A DNA stretch of 64,000 bases from an uncultured Dehalococcoidia bacterium (GCA_951812625.1 CATOSP010000001.1:200065-264064); one strand, 5' to 3'. Shown: positions 18,191 to 28,165, counted from the stretch's first letter. A program made the numbers and translations. The notes: generated from the letters alone by a model not told the origin.

Positions 18191-19270
18191 ATGCCCGCCG
18201 TCCCGTCAGATGGAATAGTGCGCGTCGGCCTGATCGGCGCTGGGGCCAACACCCGCCGGAGGCATATTCCCGGCCTGCGGGAGCAGCAGGGGGTGGAGAT
18301 CGTCAGCGTGGCCAACCGCAGTCGCGAGTCCGGCGAGCGCGTCGCCGGGGAGTTCGAGATTCCCACGGTCTACGACAACTGGCTTGATCTGGTCCAGGCC
18401 GATGACATCGACGCTGTCTGCATCGGCACTTGGCCCTACATGCACCGCACCTTGACCCTCGCGGCATTGGAGAACGAGAAGCACGTCCTCTGCGAAGCGC
18501 GCATGGCCATGAACGCCAGGGAGGCCCGCGACATGCTGGACGCCTCCCGCCGGAAGCCCCATCTGGTCACCCAGATTGTCCCTGCCCCAGCCACCCTCGA
18601 GGTGGACGAAACTATCCAGGACCACATCGCCAGCGGCTATCTGGGAGAGTTACTGGCAGTCCGGCTCCGCGTGGCCAACACCGAGGGACGGGCCACCCCC
18701 GGCGACACCTTCGCCGACCTCGATTCTCCCTTGCACTGGCGGCAGGACCGCGACCTTAGCGGGTACAACGCCATGAGCATGGGCATCTGGTACGAACAGC
18801 TCATGCGTTACGTCGGCCCAGCCACCAAGGTCATGGCCATGACCAAGGTCTGCGTTCAGCAACGCCTCGACGAAAACGGCCACATGAGGGCCGTATCAGT
18901 CCCCGACCACATCAGCGTCATCTGCCAGATGGCCTGCGGCGCGCAGGCCGACCTTGGCTGGAGTTCCGTGGCTGGCCTGCAAACAGGCTCGGAACTCTGG
19001 CTCTTCGGCACCGACGGTACCCTGCTGCTGAAGGGCCCGCCCATGAACACCCTTATGGGCGGAAGAAGAGATGGCGACGGACTGGCGGAAATACCCATCC
19101 CGCCTGAGAAGCGCGGCGGTTGGCGCGTTGAGGAAGAGTTCATCAACGCCATCCGGGGCGAGGAAAAGGTGACCCGCACCCCCTTCGAGGTGGGTGTGCA
19201 GTACATGGAGTTCACCGAAGCGGTGGCTCGCAGCGCCCAGACCGGACAAGCCATCTCCCTCCCGCTCTAA
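18191..19270 (+). CDS. Gfo/Idh/MocA-family oxidoreductase
   Basis: VRVGLIGAGANTRRRHIPG Rossmann N-terminus. GGAGGA RBS before the ATG at 18191. The track ORF starts at 18149. Confidence 0.8.
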   Translation: MPAVPSDGIVRVGLIGAGANTRRRHIPGLREQQGVEIVSVANRSRESGERVAGEFEIPTVYDNWLDLVQADDIDAVCIGTWPYMHRTLTLAALENEKHVLCEARMAMNAREARDMLDASRRKPHLVTQIVPAPATLEVDETIQDHIASGYLGELLAVRLRVANTEGRATPGDTFADLDSPLHWRQDRDLSGYNAMSMGIWYEQLMRYVGPATKVMAMTKVCVQQRLDENGHMRAVSVPDHISVICQMACGAQADLGWSSVAGLQTGSELWLFGTDGTLLLKGPPMNTLMGGRRDGDGLAEIPIPPEKRGGWRVEEEFINAIRGEEKVTRTPFEVGVQYMEFTEAVARSAQTGQAISLPL

Positions 19271-19303
19271 ATCCCGGTCCGCAACATTAGAGGAGGCAGT
19301 ATC

Positions 19304-20341
19304 ATGCCCAATGACGAAGTCCGAGTCGGCCTGATAGGCGCAGGCCGCAACACCCGGGAGCGCCACATCCCAGGCTTCCACCAAGTCGACGGCGTCGAAA
19401 TAGTCAGCGTCGCCAACCGCAGCCGCGAGTCGGGACGCCGCGTGGCCGACCAGTTCAATATCCCCGAGGTATACGACAACTGGCGCGACCTGCTGGAAGA
19501 CGACAGCATCAATGCCGTCTGCATCGGCACCTGGCCCAACATGCACCGCACCCTCACCGTCGCGGCCTTGGAAGCAGGCAAGCACGTCCTCTGCGAGGCC
19601 CGCATGGCCGCCTCAGCCCAGGACGCCCGCGAAATGCTGGCCGCCTCCCGTCGGCGCCCCGACCTGGTTACCCAGATCGTACCCTCGCCCCTCTCCTTCA
19701 AGATCGACAACGTGCTCCAGGAGATGATCGGGGACGGTTACCTGGGCGAGCTGCTCTCCGTCGAGCTTCAGTCCTTGGGGCCGGAGTTCGTCGACACTAC
19801 CAGCCCGTTGCACTGGCGGCAGAACCGCGACATCAGCGGCTTCAACATCCTCAACATGGGCATCTGGTACGAGGCCATGATCCGCTGGGTCGGCCGCGCC
19901 ACCAGGGTCATGGCCATGGGCAAGGTCAACGTCCCCTACCGCCGGGACGAGGAGGGGACCATCCACTCCGTCACCATCCCCGACCACGTGGACATCCTCT
20001 GCGAGCTGGCCAATGGCGCACAGGCCCACCTCAAGTTCAGTGCCGCCACCGGCCTCTCCACCGGGAACGAGGTCTGGCTGTACGGCAGCGAGGGCACCAT
20101 TCGCCTCGACCACCGCCTCAACATCTACGCCGGCAAGCGCGGCGACCACGTCCTCGCCGAGGTGCCCGTTCCAGAGGAGAAGCAGGGCTTCTGGCGCGTT
20201 GAGGAAGAGTTCGTCAACGCCATTCGCGGCAACGAAGAGGTCGCCCGCACCCCCTTCGAGGTCGGCGTCCACTACATGGAATGGACCGAGGCGGTCAGCC
20301 GCAGCGCCCAGACCGGCCAGGCCGTGTCCCTCCCTCTGTAA
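19304..20341 (+). CDS. Gfo/Idh/MocA-family oxidoreductase, tandem paralog
   Basis: Collinear similarity to 18191..19270 along the whole length, down to the shared ending SAQTGQA.SLPL. Confidence 0.8.
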   Translation: MPNDEVRVGLIGAGRNTRERHIPGFHQVDGVEIVSVANRSRESGRRVADQFNIPEVYDNWRDLLEDDSINAVCIGTWPNMHRTLTVAALEAGKHVLCEARMAASAQDAREMLAASRRRPDLVTQIVPSPLSFKIDNVLQEMIGDGYLGELLSVELQSLGPEFVDTTSPLHWRQNRDISGFNILNMGIWYEAMIRWVGRATRVMAMGKVNVPYRRDEEGTIHSVTIPDHVDILCELANGAQAHLKFSAATGLSTGNEVWLYGSEGTIRLDHRLNIYAGKRGDHVLAEVPVPEEKQGFWRVEEEFVNAIRGNEEVARTPFEVGVHYMEWTEAVSRSAQTGQAVSLPL

Positions 20342-20371
20342 CCACACCCCGTCTTTCCCATGCAACCATAA

Positions 20372-20405
20372 CCCCGCCATTCCCGCTTTCGCAGGAATGG
20401 CGGGG
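20372..20405 (+). terminator. Perfect 12-bp hairpin (REP-like CATTCCCGC motif)
   Basis: CCCCGCCATTCC-N10-GGAATGGCGGGG. Confidence 0.5.
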
Positions 20406-20432
20406 CGTCCTTATTCATGGTAGCTTCACGAT

Positions 20433-21593
20433 ATGGCTGAAATCCTACCCGACTCCCAGGGTATCTTCCCGTCCGATTGGCTGCGCCAGACCGTCGCCGA
20501 CGGGATAATCAGCGCTGGCGAGTATCGCATTCCCGACGAGAACTTCCAGCCCGCCAGCCTCGACCTGCGCCTAGGCCCGAAGGCGTACCGGCTCCGTTGC
20601 AGCTTCCTGCCCCATGACATGTCAGTGGAAGCCAAGCAGGAAGACGGTTACGTCATGGATGAGATCGACATCCGCGACGGCGCTATCCTGGAGCGGGAAC
20701 GCCCCTACCTTATTCCCCTGGTCGAGGAACTGCGGCTCCCGCCCGACATCCACGCCCGCACCAACCCACGCAGCTCCACCGGAAGGCTCGACATCTTCAC
20801 CCGTGTCATAACCGACCGCAGCGACCGGTTCGACGAAATCAGGCCGGGCTACCGTGGCAAGCTATACCTTGAGGTCGCCTCCCGGTCCTTCACCGTCTAC
20901 GTCAAGGAAGGTCTCTCCCTGAACCAGTTGCGCCTCATCAGGGGCGCTTACCGGGAGTCCCAACGCCACTCAGCGCAGGCCGGAACAGAGCAGCGACCAT
21001 CCCCGGACTTGGAACCCGCACACCTTAGCCCCGCCTCCGGCCCCGAGGTGTTCCTGAGCATCGACCTCTCCGGGGGGGAAGACCGGGTGGTCGGCTACAA
21101 GGCGCGGAAAAACAGCTTCCTGCTCGACCTGTCCCGGGTCGGCAGGTACGATGTTGAAGACTTCTGGGAACCAGTCTACCGCGAGCGCCGGGAGCGGCTG
21201 GTGCTGGAACCGGAGGAGTTCTACCTGTTGCTGTCGTCGGAAACGGTCACCGTGCCCCCGGGCCACGCCGCCGAGATGACCGCCTACGACCCCACCAGCG
21301 GCGAACTGCGGACCCACTACGCCGGCTTCTTCGATCCGGGGTTCGGATACGATCCCCAGGGACTCTCGCCGGGAAGCAAGGCCGTCCTGGAAGTCCGCGC
21401 CCACGACGTCCCATTCATGATTGAGAACGGCCAGAAAGTATGCCGCCTGGAGTTCCAGACAATGGCCCAGGCCCCATCACTGCTCTACGGCCCCGACGCA
21501 GGCTCCTCATACCAGTACCAGGAACTGACCCTGAGCAAACACTTCAAGCGCGCAACCAACCCCATCCCCTCCCGCCAGCTACCCCTCTTCTAA
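20433..21593 (+). CDS. dcd: Long-form 2'-deoxycytidine 5'-triphosphate deaminase (DCD family)
   Basis: 386 aa. N-terminal ...FQPASLDLRLG and the tandem dUTPase-like layout fit the family. Confidence 0.7.
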   Translation: MAEILPDSQGIFPSDWLRQTVADGIISAGEYRIPDENFQPASLDLRLGPKAYRLRCSFLPHDMSVEAKQEDGYVMDEIDIRDGAILERERPYLIPLVEELRLPPDIHARTNPRSSTGRLDIFTRVITDRSDRFDEIRPGYRGKLYLEVASRSFTVYVKEGLSLNQLRLIRGAYRESQRHSAQAGTEQRPSPDLEPAHLSPASGPEVFLSIDLSGGEDRVVGYKARKNSFLLDLSRVGRYDVEDFWEPVYRERRERLVLEPEEFYLLLSSETVTVPPGHAAEMTAYDPTSGELRTHYAGFFDPGFGYDPQGLSPGSKAVLEVRAHDVPFMIENGQKVCRLEFQTMAQAPSLLYGPDAGSSYQYQELTLSKHFKRATNPIPSRQLPLF

Positions 21594-21608
21594 CGAGTGC
21601 AACCTGTC

Positions 21609-22970
21609 TCAATCGGGGTCTTCACCTAGAATTAGGCTGTCCCAGTTCGGAATCTCGCCCTCCTCGATTACGGACTTGATCCCTTGCCAGCACATTTCTT
21701 GGGCACTACTGACCAATCTCGAAACGTCGAACGAAGATCTAGCCCTTCTGCCCCTCAATTGTCCGGCGTGCATAACATCTGAACGGGCACGGTAAATCTC
21801 TTGAAACTCTTCCCTAAATGCTTGTCGTTCCGCCTTATTCTTCCCTAGGTGCCATGCAGCATTGAGGGCAAACCTCAAACTCGTTTCACCCTCTCCCTGG
21901 GGAACATAAAGAGACTCGAGAGATATGCCGAGGTCAATAATTTGGTCCAAAGGATTGGTTTCTTCCATCGACTTCATGAGACGGTCTATAGGAATCCGCA
22001 GCTTTTCCAATGTTTCAGGTGGTAGCTGCATCAACCCTTGGTAGAGAGTCTTGACGGCATCCAATTGTGCTCGGTTTACTAAATCAGACTCATCAAGACG
22101 AAGGAATGGGAATGTTGCACTGTACCCGTTACCCCCGATTCCCCACGTAGTGCTCAGGTCGAAAATTTCGTAATCCAGCATCGATGTCCAGGTCACTGCT
22201 GACCGAACGCTGCAACGGCCTGCCACCCCTAAAGCCTGACACAAGACCTCCAAGTTCAAACTCTGAGACTCCTCGCTGCTCTTAATTCCGATACGGAAAT
22301 GCTGCTCGGGTCCGGACTCGAACGTGTAATGCTCTTCCGGTCGGTGGAAAATCGGAGAAGCCTCATACTCCACGCGGACGACGGTCTTACCCAAGAGATG
22401 CTGAACGCTGACGCGATGCTCGTCACCGGGTAGATCGATGATAGTAGGTAAATGAGGTGGAAGCTCTGCGACCGATTCGGGCAAGGGTATTAGAGTGATC
22501 CCGTCGAACACCTCAATTGGAGCATCAACACGCATCCCGGAGAGCAAAAAGAACTGATAGAAGCTGCACGGCGAACTCTTGACGCAGTCAGAGAAGGCTT
22601 GAACGGCCGCTGTCACTCCATCGACGATGGCGCGCCTAACCAGATTCTGGACTACATCTTCAACCGGAGCACCGCCACCCAAACCTCCGACAAAGGCGAT
22701 AGTAGCGGAGTGGATCCTGCCATCCCGGATATAGTCCGACAGTTCCTGATTTACGAAACCCAATAGCTTGTCTTTGATGTCGGTGCGAGCAATATCTGGA
22801 CGGAAGAGGGAGAGCCACATCCTGCGCGAAGGATCGTAACGTTCCCGGCACTGCTGCATGTACCGCCGATAATTGTCGTGGCTCAGTCCCTCAGTTCCAC
22901 GGCGAAGTTCCACATAGGGCAACACTTCCGACAAGAGCCCTTCCAGTTCTAAAACTCTGCTCGTATCCAT
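21609..22970 (-). CDS. HEPN-domain protein (ApeA-like architecture), candidate single-gene defence/abortive-infection factor
   Basis: The C-terminal block is LESLY..E.SLRFALNAAWHLG...IYRARSDVMHAG. The Rx4H motif RSDVMH lies at nt 21768-21785. About 340 aa of the N-terminus are unrecognised. The gene is A/T-richer than its flanks. Confidence 0.5.
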   Translation of the reverse strand: MDTSRVLELEGLLSEVLPYVELRRGTEGLSHDNYRRYMQQCRERYDPSRRMWLSLFRPDIARTDIKDKLLGFVNQELSDYIRDGRIHSATIAFVGGLGGGAPVEDVVQNLVRRAIVDGVTAAVQAFSDCVKSSPCSFYQFFLLSGMRVDAPIEVFDGITLIPLPESVAELPPHLPTIIDLPGDEHRVSVQHLLGKTVVRVEYEASPIFHRPEEHYTFESGPEQHFRIGIKSSEESQSLNLEVLCQALGVAGRCSVRSAVTWTSMLDYEIFDLSTTWGIGGNGYSATFPFLRLDESDLVNRAQLDAVKTLYQGLMQLPPETLEKLRIPIDRLMKSMEETNPLDQIIDLGISLESLYVPQGEGETSLRFALNAAWHLGKNKAERQAFREEFQEIYRARSDVMHAGQLRGRRARSSFDVSRLVSSAQEMCWQGIKSVIEEGEIPNWDSLILGEDPD

Positions 22971-23055
22971 GATTCTCCAGAAAGAATGAAAGCGGGGATG
23001 ACGAAGTCGTCATCCCCGCGCAAAATCACCCACGCCCCACGTCAGCCAGCCATGT

Positions 23056-24312
23056 CTACTTCGGGTCGTTCTTCGGGAACAGGTCCGGCAGCGGGATCCG
23101 CGGCAGCGACCGCTCATCAGGGATGGGCAAACGCTCCCGTGACCGGCTGCCAAACTCCCGGTCCTCCGGCCATTCAGCGAGCGTAACCGTCACGGCAACC
23201 TCATCCCCGTCCCGCAGCACCGTCAGCTGCACTTCGTCCCCCGGCAGATGCTTGTTAAGCTCAGTGATAAGGTCCGGCACGGTCTCGACCGGCGCCTCAT
23301 TCAGCGAGAGAATGATATCCCCGCCGCGGGTCGGCATTCCTTCCATGTCCGCGCCCGAGGGTATCAGCTTGGCTTCCTGTGCCGGGCTGCCGCTCATCAC
23401 CTGGGTCACGTACACGCCGCTGTCCACGGGCAGGTCCAGCGCCTCCACCAGCAGCGGCTCCAGGGTGGCCGCGCCGATGCCCAGCCACGGCGGCTTGACC
23501 TCTCCCTTGCTCTTCATTCTCGGCAGCAGGTCGCCCAGGGTGTTGGATGGTACGGCAAAGGCGATGCTCCCCTGCCCCAGGGTGCGCGGCGCCAATCCCG
23601 GCGCGACATGTATTGCCGTGTTGATACCCACCACCTGTCCGTCCCGGTTGAGCAGCGGCCCGCCGGAGTTGCCGGGGTTGATCAGCGCATCCGTCTGCAC
23701 TGCCCCGGAGATGAGCCGGGAAATGTCGCTGGGGATGGTGCGGTCCACACCGCTAATCACACCCACCGTCACCGAGCCGTCCAGCCCGAAGGGACTGCCG
23801 ATGGCGATGGCCAGCTGACCGGGCCGCAGGTTGTCCGAATCACCCAGGGTAAGCGGCGTGATCCCCTTCACGGCATCCGGGTCCACCTTGATAATCGCCA
23901 GGTCGTTGGCCGGGTTCATCCCCAGCACCTCCGCCTCAACGCTGGTGCGGTCCTGGAACGACACCCGGACCCGGTCCGCGTCCTGGATCACGTGGTTGTT
24001 GGTCACGATGTGACCTTCCATGTCTATCAGGAATCCGGACCCCGCCCCCAGCCGGTTGAACGACTGGGCCATCTGCAGGTCCACGTTCACGTCCACCACC
24101 GCCGGGCTGGCCTCCTCGTAGATTCGCTGCACCAGGTTCTCGTCGAACAGCGACGCCGACGCCGGTGGCGTAACCCTGTCCAGCCCGGGACCGAACCACG
24201 CAAAGGCAACGATAGCAATCACAGCCAGCGACAGCGACGTCACCGCCAGAGCAAACGATTTAGATAGTCTGTTCATCTCGCCCACTTCCTCATCTGGAAT
24301 TCGTCCCGGCAA
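23056..24312 (-). CDS. HtrA/DegP-family serine protease with PDZ domain
   Basis: TNNHV, GNSGGPLLN, an N-terminal TM segment and a C-terminal PDZ-like region. The likely true start is MNRLSK at 24276. Confidence 0.9.
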   Translation of the reverse strand: MPGRIPDEEVGEMNRLSKSFALAVTSLSLAVIAIVAFAWFGPGLDRVTPPASASLFDENLVQRIYEEASPAVVDVNVDLQMAQSFNRLGAGSGFLIDMEGHIVTNNHVIQDADRVRVSFQDRTSVEAEVLGMNPANDLAIIKVDPDAVKGITPLTLGDSDNLRPGQLAIAIGSPFGLDGSVTVGVISGVDRTIPSDISRLISGAVQTDALINPGNSGGPLLNRDGQVVGINTAIHVAPGLAPRTLGQGSIAFAVPSNTLGDLLPRMKSKGEVKPPWLGIGAATLEPLLVEALDLPVDSGVYVTQVMSGSPAQEAKLIPSGADMEGMPTRGGDIILSLNEAPVETVPDLITELNKHLPGDEVQLTVLRDGDEVAVTVTLAEWPEDREFGSRSRERLPIPDERSLPRIPLPDLFPKNDPK

Positions 24313-24555
24313 GCCGGGGCATTATTCTGGTTGACTATCCTCATCCTTGTCAATACATACTATCAACTCACATGCCAGCCAGTACGACCGCCACAAGTGT
24401 ATACAAATAGTTTGTATCATCAATACGCCTCCAACGGCCAAACGGTTTCACCCGGCTTGAACAAGTCGCGGAAATGAAGAAAACACCGCCCAGCCTGTCC
24501 CATCGGCGAATGGGAGGCTCCAGGAGTGGAACAGTGGACCGCGGGACCGTGTACT

Positions 24556-26019
24556 TTATCGGGGGCCTGGGCGATTCCCCCTGCGCCTCTGCCTCGCACC
24601 CCCCGGCTGCGGCGTATCCTCCACAGGCCCGGAAGCGCTTCCCCGCCCCTGGTCCCGGTAGTTGGGAGCGGTAATGGGCACATCGTTGACCACATTTATG
24701 TCCACCAGCCTGGCGGCAAGCCGGGGCTTGGTCTTCCTCAGCTCTTCCATATCCGAGGCAGTGGTTATCACCGTGGGCAGGTTGGACTCGTGGCGGTGCA
24801 CGATGATCTGGTACAGCTTTTCCTCGGCCCAGGGAGTGCTGCTTTCGGTCCCAAGATCGTCCAGCACCAGCAGCGGGACAGTGATGAGCTGCTCGAACAA
24901 CTCGTCGTACCCGATCACGCTGTCCGGCCTGAACGTGGCCCTCAGGTGGTCCATCAATGTAGGGACGAAGGCGAAGAACACCGGGCGGTCCTGCAGAAGG
25001 CTGACTCCCGCAATCGCCACCGCAAGGTGCGTCTTCCCGGAACCCCACGGCCCGGTGAACAGCAGCCACCCCTCCGGGTCGGCGGCAAAGCTCCGGGCCG
25101 CCCCCAGGGCTTCCGCCAGCGATTCCTGGTCGGTGCGGGTCGCCCCCTGTCCGCCGTGAGGGTCGAAATTATCGAATGTCATCCGGGACAGCATACTGTC
25201 CGGCACTGCGCCGATGTCCAGATCGGGCCTGTTGTTGAAGTAGCCCAACTGCCACACCCGGGAAAATCCGTTGAAGCCTTCCAACCGCGTCCGCAGGGCA
25301 TCGTCCATCCGCTGCATTGGCCCCCGGACGGTGATCACGGTCGGAAGCGCGTTGTTGTAGCGGTGGTTCACCACCTGGAACAGCTTTTCCTCCGCCCACG
25401 GAGTCGCGCTCGTCGTCCCCAGGTCGTCGAGGACCAGCAGGGGCACGTTCCGCACCTGCTCGAACAACTCGTCGTAGGTCACCGGGCTCTCCGGGGAGTA
25501 GGTGGCCCGCAGGTGGTCCAGCAGGTCGGCTGCCACGATGAAGAAAGTCGTCTGCTGCCGTTCAATGCACTGGTTGGCAATCGCTGCAGCCAGGTGAGTC
25601 TTGCCGCTCCCGCTGGGACCAGACAACACCAGCCAGCCCTCGGGGCTCTCGGCATAGGCCGCTGCGAAGGCATACGCATCGGCAAACATCTGGCGGTTGG
25701 CCGCTCCGCCTGGCGGTCCCTCCGGCCGGGTATTGGCGAAGGTGATCCGGGCCAGCGCCCCCAGGTTGCTGTAGCGCCGCAGGGCCGTGATGCGAGTGGG
25801 AACGTTCTGCGTCTCCTGGCACACGCACGGAAACGCCTGCCCGAACTCCGGGTGACCCACATGTACCCGCTTGGACACCCACCCGCTGCCATTGCAGCGG
25901 TGGCACAGGTTAACTTCCTCGACTTCAGCGGGCCGTGCGGTCCCTCGCCCTGCGCCGTTGGTATGCTTCAAGGTGCTTGCGGCGTTGATCCTCCGCAGGA
26001 TGTCGCCCAGGCTTTCCAT
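24556..26019 (-). CDS. Helicase loader with two tandem DnaC/DnaI-type AAA+ modules and an N-terminal Cys cluster
   Basis: Two Walker A sites are present: GPSGSGKTH (about aa 134) and GPWGSGKTH (about aa 323). Each is followed by PLLVLDDLGT..STPWAEEKL. The N-terminus carries CHRCNGSG...CVC. Confidence 0.8.
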   Translation of the reverse strand: MESLGDILRRINAASTLKHTNGAGRGTARPAEVEEVNLCHRCNGSGWVSKRVHVGHPEFGQAFPCVCQETQNVPTRITALRRYSNLGALARITFANTRPEGPPGGAANRQMFADAYAFAAAYAESPEGWLVLSGPSGSGKTHLAAAIANQCIERQQTTFFIVAADLLDHLRATYSPESPVTYDELFEQVRNVPLLVLDDLGTTSATPWAEEKLFQVVNHRYNNALPTVITVRGPMQRMDDALRTRLEGFNGFSRVWQLGYFNNRPDLDIGAVPDSMLSRMTFDNFDPHGGQGATRTDQESLAEALGAARSFAADPEGWLLFTGPWGSGKTHLAVAIAGVSLLQDRPVFFAFVPTLMDHLRATFRPDSVIGYDELFEQLITVPLLVLDDLGTESSTPWAEEKLYQIIVHRHESNLPTVITTASDMEELRKTKPRLAARLVDINVVNDVPITAPNYRDQGRGSASGPVEDTPQPGGARQRRRGNRPGPR

Positions 26020-26662
26020 CGTTCCTTCCTGTGCCCCTTCCTTCCGATGCCCACCGTCGCAGAATGCCGGAGACGTAGCGCCAGTTCCGCTTGTTTTCTG
26101 CGGCGGCTATGGCGAACGCCTCACTCACCCATTCTGCGGAGTAGTTGTCCTCCGCGTCCTTCAACTCCTCCGCCAGCATCGGGGAGAGCATACCAATGGT
26201 CTCTTCGTAGAGTGCGAAGATATTAGGTTTTCGAGCAGGGTCTGGCTGCATGTCCAGCGAGAGTGCATGGTCTGTCCCCGGCCCCGGCGCTTCCTGTCCT
26301 CGCAGCCTGTCCAGCGCCCTGCGGTCATGGAGCGTGTTGAGCAGATAATACTCCCCACCATCCGGCGATTCAGGCGCGTAACGGAGAAACACCCCCCGCT
26401 CCACCGCCAGCCGCAGCCCCCGCCGTATCTCCGGAACCGCGTCCCGTCCCGGTCCGCCCAACCCCCGAAGCAACGCCCGGTCGTTGACGAACTCGGCCAG
26501 CGGAGTCATCCGGGGCGATCCCCGCTGCCGATGGCACAGCCAGATACCCCGCAGCGTGACCTTCAGCTCGGCCAGGTCGTCAATCTCTTCGAGCAGCGGC
26601 CCGAACAGCGGGTTGGGCACCGGCGTATACAGCGTGTCCCGGCTGAAACCGGAGAAGGCCAT
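25925..26662 (-). CDS. DnaD-domain replication initiation protein
   Basis: NIFALYEETIGMLSPMLAEELKDAE..YSAEWVSEAFAIAAAENKRNWRYVSGILRRW is the DnaD/DnaB_2 C-terminal domain signature. Confidence 0.8.
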   Translation of the reverse strand: MAFSGFSRDTLYTPVPNPLFGPLLEEIDDLAELKVTLRGIWLCHRQRGSPRMTPLAEFVNDRALLRGLGGPGRDAVPEIRRGLRLAVERGVFLRYAPESPDGGEYYLLNTLHDRRALDRLRGQEAPGPGTDHALSLDMQPDPARKPNIFALYEETIGMLSPMLAEELKDAEDNYSAEWVSEAFAIAAAENKRNWRYVSGILRRWASEGRGTGRNDGKPGRHPAEDQRRKHLEAYQRRRARDRTAR

Positions 26663-26732
26663 GGAGAGGAATCCCCCTTAGCCTCTCCTTTCCGCAAGGG
26701 GAATTCTCTGGTGCCCTCTTGCGAAAGGAGAT

Positions 26733-26790
26733 TTTCTTGATTTTCCGGTCAAATCCGGACATATCCGGACATTTTGCCCTGCACACAAGG
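26733..26790 (-). repeat. Dispersed repeat family, partial copy C (core only)
   Basis: The minus strand reads GGCAAAATGTCCGGATATGTCCGGATTTGACCGGAAAAT. The decamer triplet is at 26743-26772. It sits between the dnaB stop and the DnaD-like start. Confidence 0.55.
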
Positions 26791-26800
26791 AGTTGGTCTG

Positions 26801-28165
26801 CTAGAAGTCGTCCACCTGGGCCAATGCGTCAAACCGGACCAGGTTGTCCCGGAAGAAGAGTCTCAGGCTGCCCGTTGGCCCGTTGCGGTGCTTGGCGACG
26901 ATTATCTCCGCGATATTGCGCGGATACTCGCGGCCCGGGAAGTGCTGCTCCCACTCCTCCTCAGTGTTGTGGATGTCCTCCCGGTGGATGAACATCACCA
27001 CGTCCGAGTCCTGCTCGATGCTGCCGCTGTCCCGCAGGTCAGAAAGCTGGGGCCGGTGCCCCGGACGGTTCTCCACCACGCGGCTCAACTGGGAGCAGGT
27101 GACGACCGCCACGTCCAGGTCACGGGCCATCGCCTTGATCGACCTGGAAATCTCGCTGATCTCCTGCACCCGGTTCGCTCCGTTGTGGCTCCGGCCCTGG
27201 ATCAACTGGAGGTAGTCAATCACCAGCATGTCCAGCCCGCGCTCAAGCATCAGCCGCCGCGACTTGCTGCGCATCTCCACCAGCCCCTGGAAGGGAGTGT
27301 CGTCGATGTACAGCGGCAACTCCGACAGCCTTCCGATGGAGTCGATGATGCGCTGCTCCTCGGCCTCGGTGTACAGGCCCAGCCGGAGGCGGTGGGAGTC
27401 GATTTCCGCGTCCGCCGACAGGATACGCAGCGCCAGTTGCTCCCGGCTCATCTCCAGGCTGAACACGCCCACGACAGACCCGGCCTTGGCCGCGTTGATG
27501 GAAACGTTCAGCGCCAGGGTGCTCTTGCCGGTGGAGGGACGCGCCCCCAGCACGATCATATCCGAGCGTTGCAGCCCGCCCAGCAGCTCGTCCATCTCGT
27601 TGTAGCCCGTCAGAACCGGGGCCTTGGTGTGAAGGTCCGGTTCCACCGCCGCCGCCCGTTCTTCCAGGTACTGGTCGTAGATCATCCGCAGCGGGATGAA
27701 ACCCCGGGGCGTCTGCCCGGCGCGCACCCCGAACAGCACGTCCTCCGCCTGCTGCAGCGTGGCGTCTACGTCGGCAGTGTCCCCGTACCCGATGGCCGAA
27801 ATCTCGTTGGCTGCGTCGATCAGCCTCCGCATGACGGCGGTCTTGGAGATGACCTCGGCGTAATACTCCGCGTGGGTCGAGGTCGGGGTCACCGCCACCA
27901 GGCCGCTGAGGTAGGACATACCGCCCACCATCTCCAGCTTCTCCGTGCGCTGGAGTTCCCTGGCCAGGGTCACCTGGTCAATGGCCTCGTCGCGCTCGAA
28001 CAGCGACTGGCAGGCGACGAAACACGCCTGGTTCCGTTCCCGGTAGAAGTCGTCGGCCCGGAGCAGCGATGAGACGCGGGAGAAACACTCCCCGTCGATC
28101 AGCAGGGACCCGATAACCGCTGCCTCGGCCTCCAGATCGTGAGGAAGCAGTTTCTCTGCATACAT
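26801..28165 (-). CDS. dnaB: Replicative DNA helicase DnaB
   Basis: LPHDLEAEAAVIGSLL, GARPSTGKSTLALN and the full-length DnaB layout. Confidence 0.95.
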   Translation of the reverse strand: MYAEKLLPHDLEAEAAVIGSLLIDGECFSRVSSLLRADDFYRERNQACFVACQSLFERDEAIDQVTLARELQRTEKLEMVGGMSYLSGLVAVTPTSTHAEYYAEVISKTAVMRRLIDAANEISAIGYGDTADVDATLQQAEDVLFGVRAGQTPRGFIPLRMIYDQYLEERAAAVEPDLHTKAPVLTGYNEMDELLGGLQRSDMIVLGARPSTGKSTLALNVSINAAKAGSVVGVFSLEMSREQLALRILSADAEIDSHRLRLGLYTEAEEQRIIDSIGRLSELPLYIDDTPFQGLVEMRSKSRRLMLERGLDMLVIDYLQLIQGRSHNGANRVQEISEISRSIKAMARDLDVAVVTCSQLSRVVENRPGHRPQLSDLRDSGSIEQDSDVVMFIHREDIHNTEEEWEQHFPGREYPRNIAEIIVAKHRNGPTGSLRLFFRDNLVRFDALAQVDDF

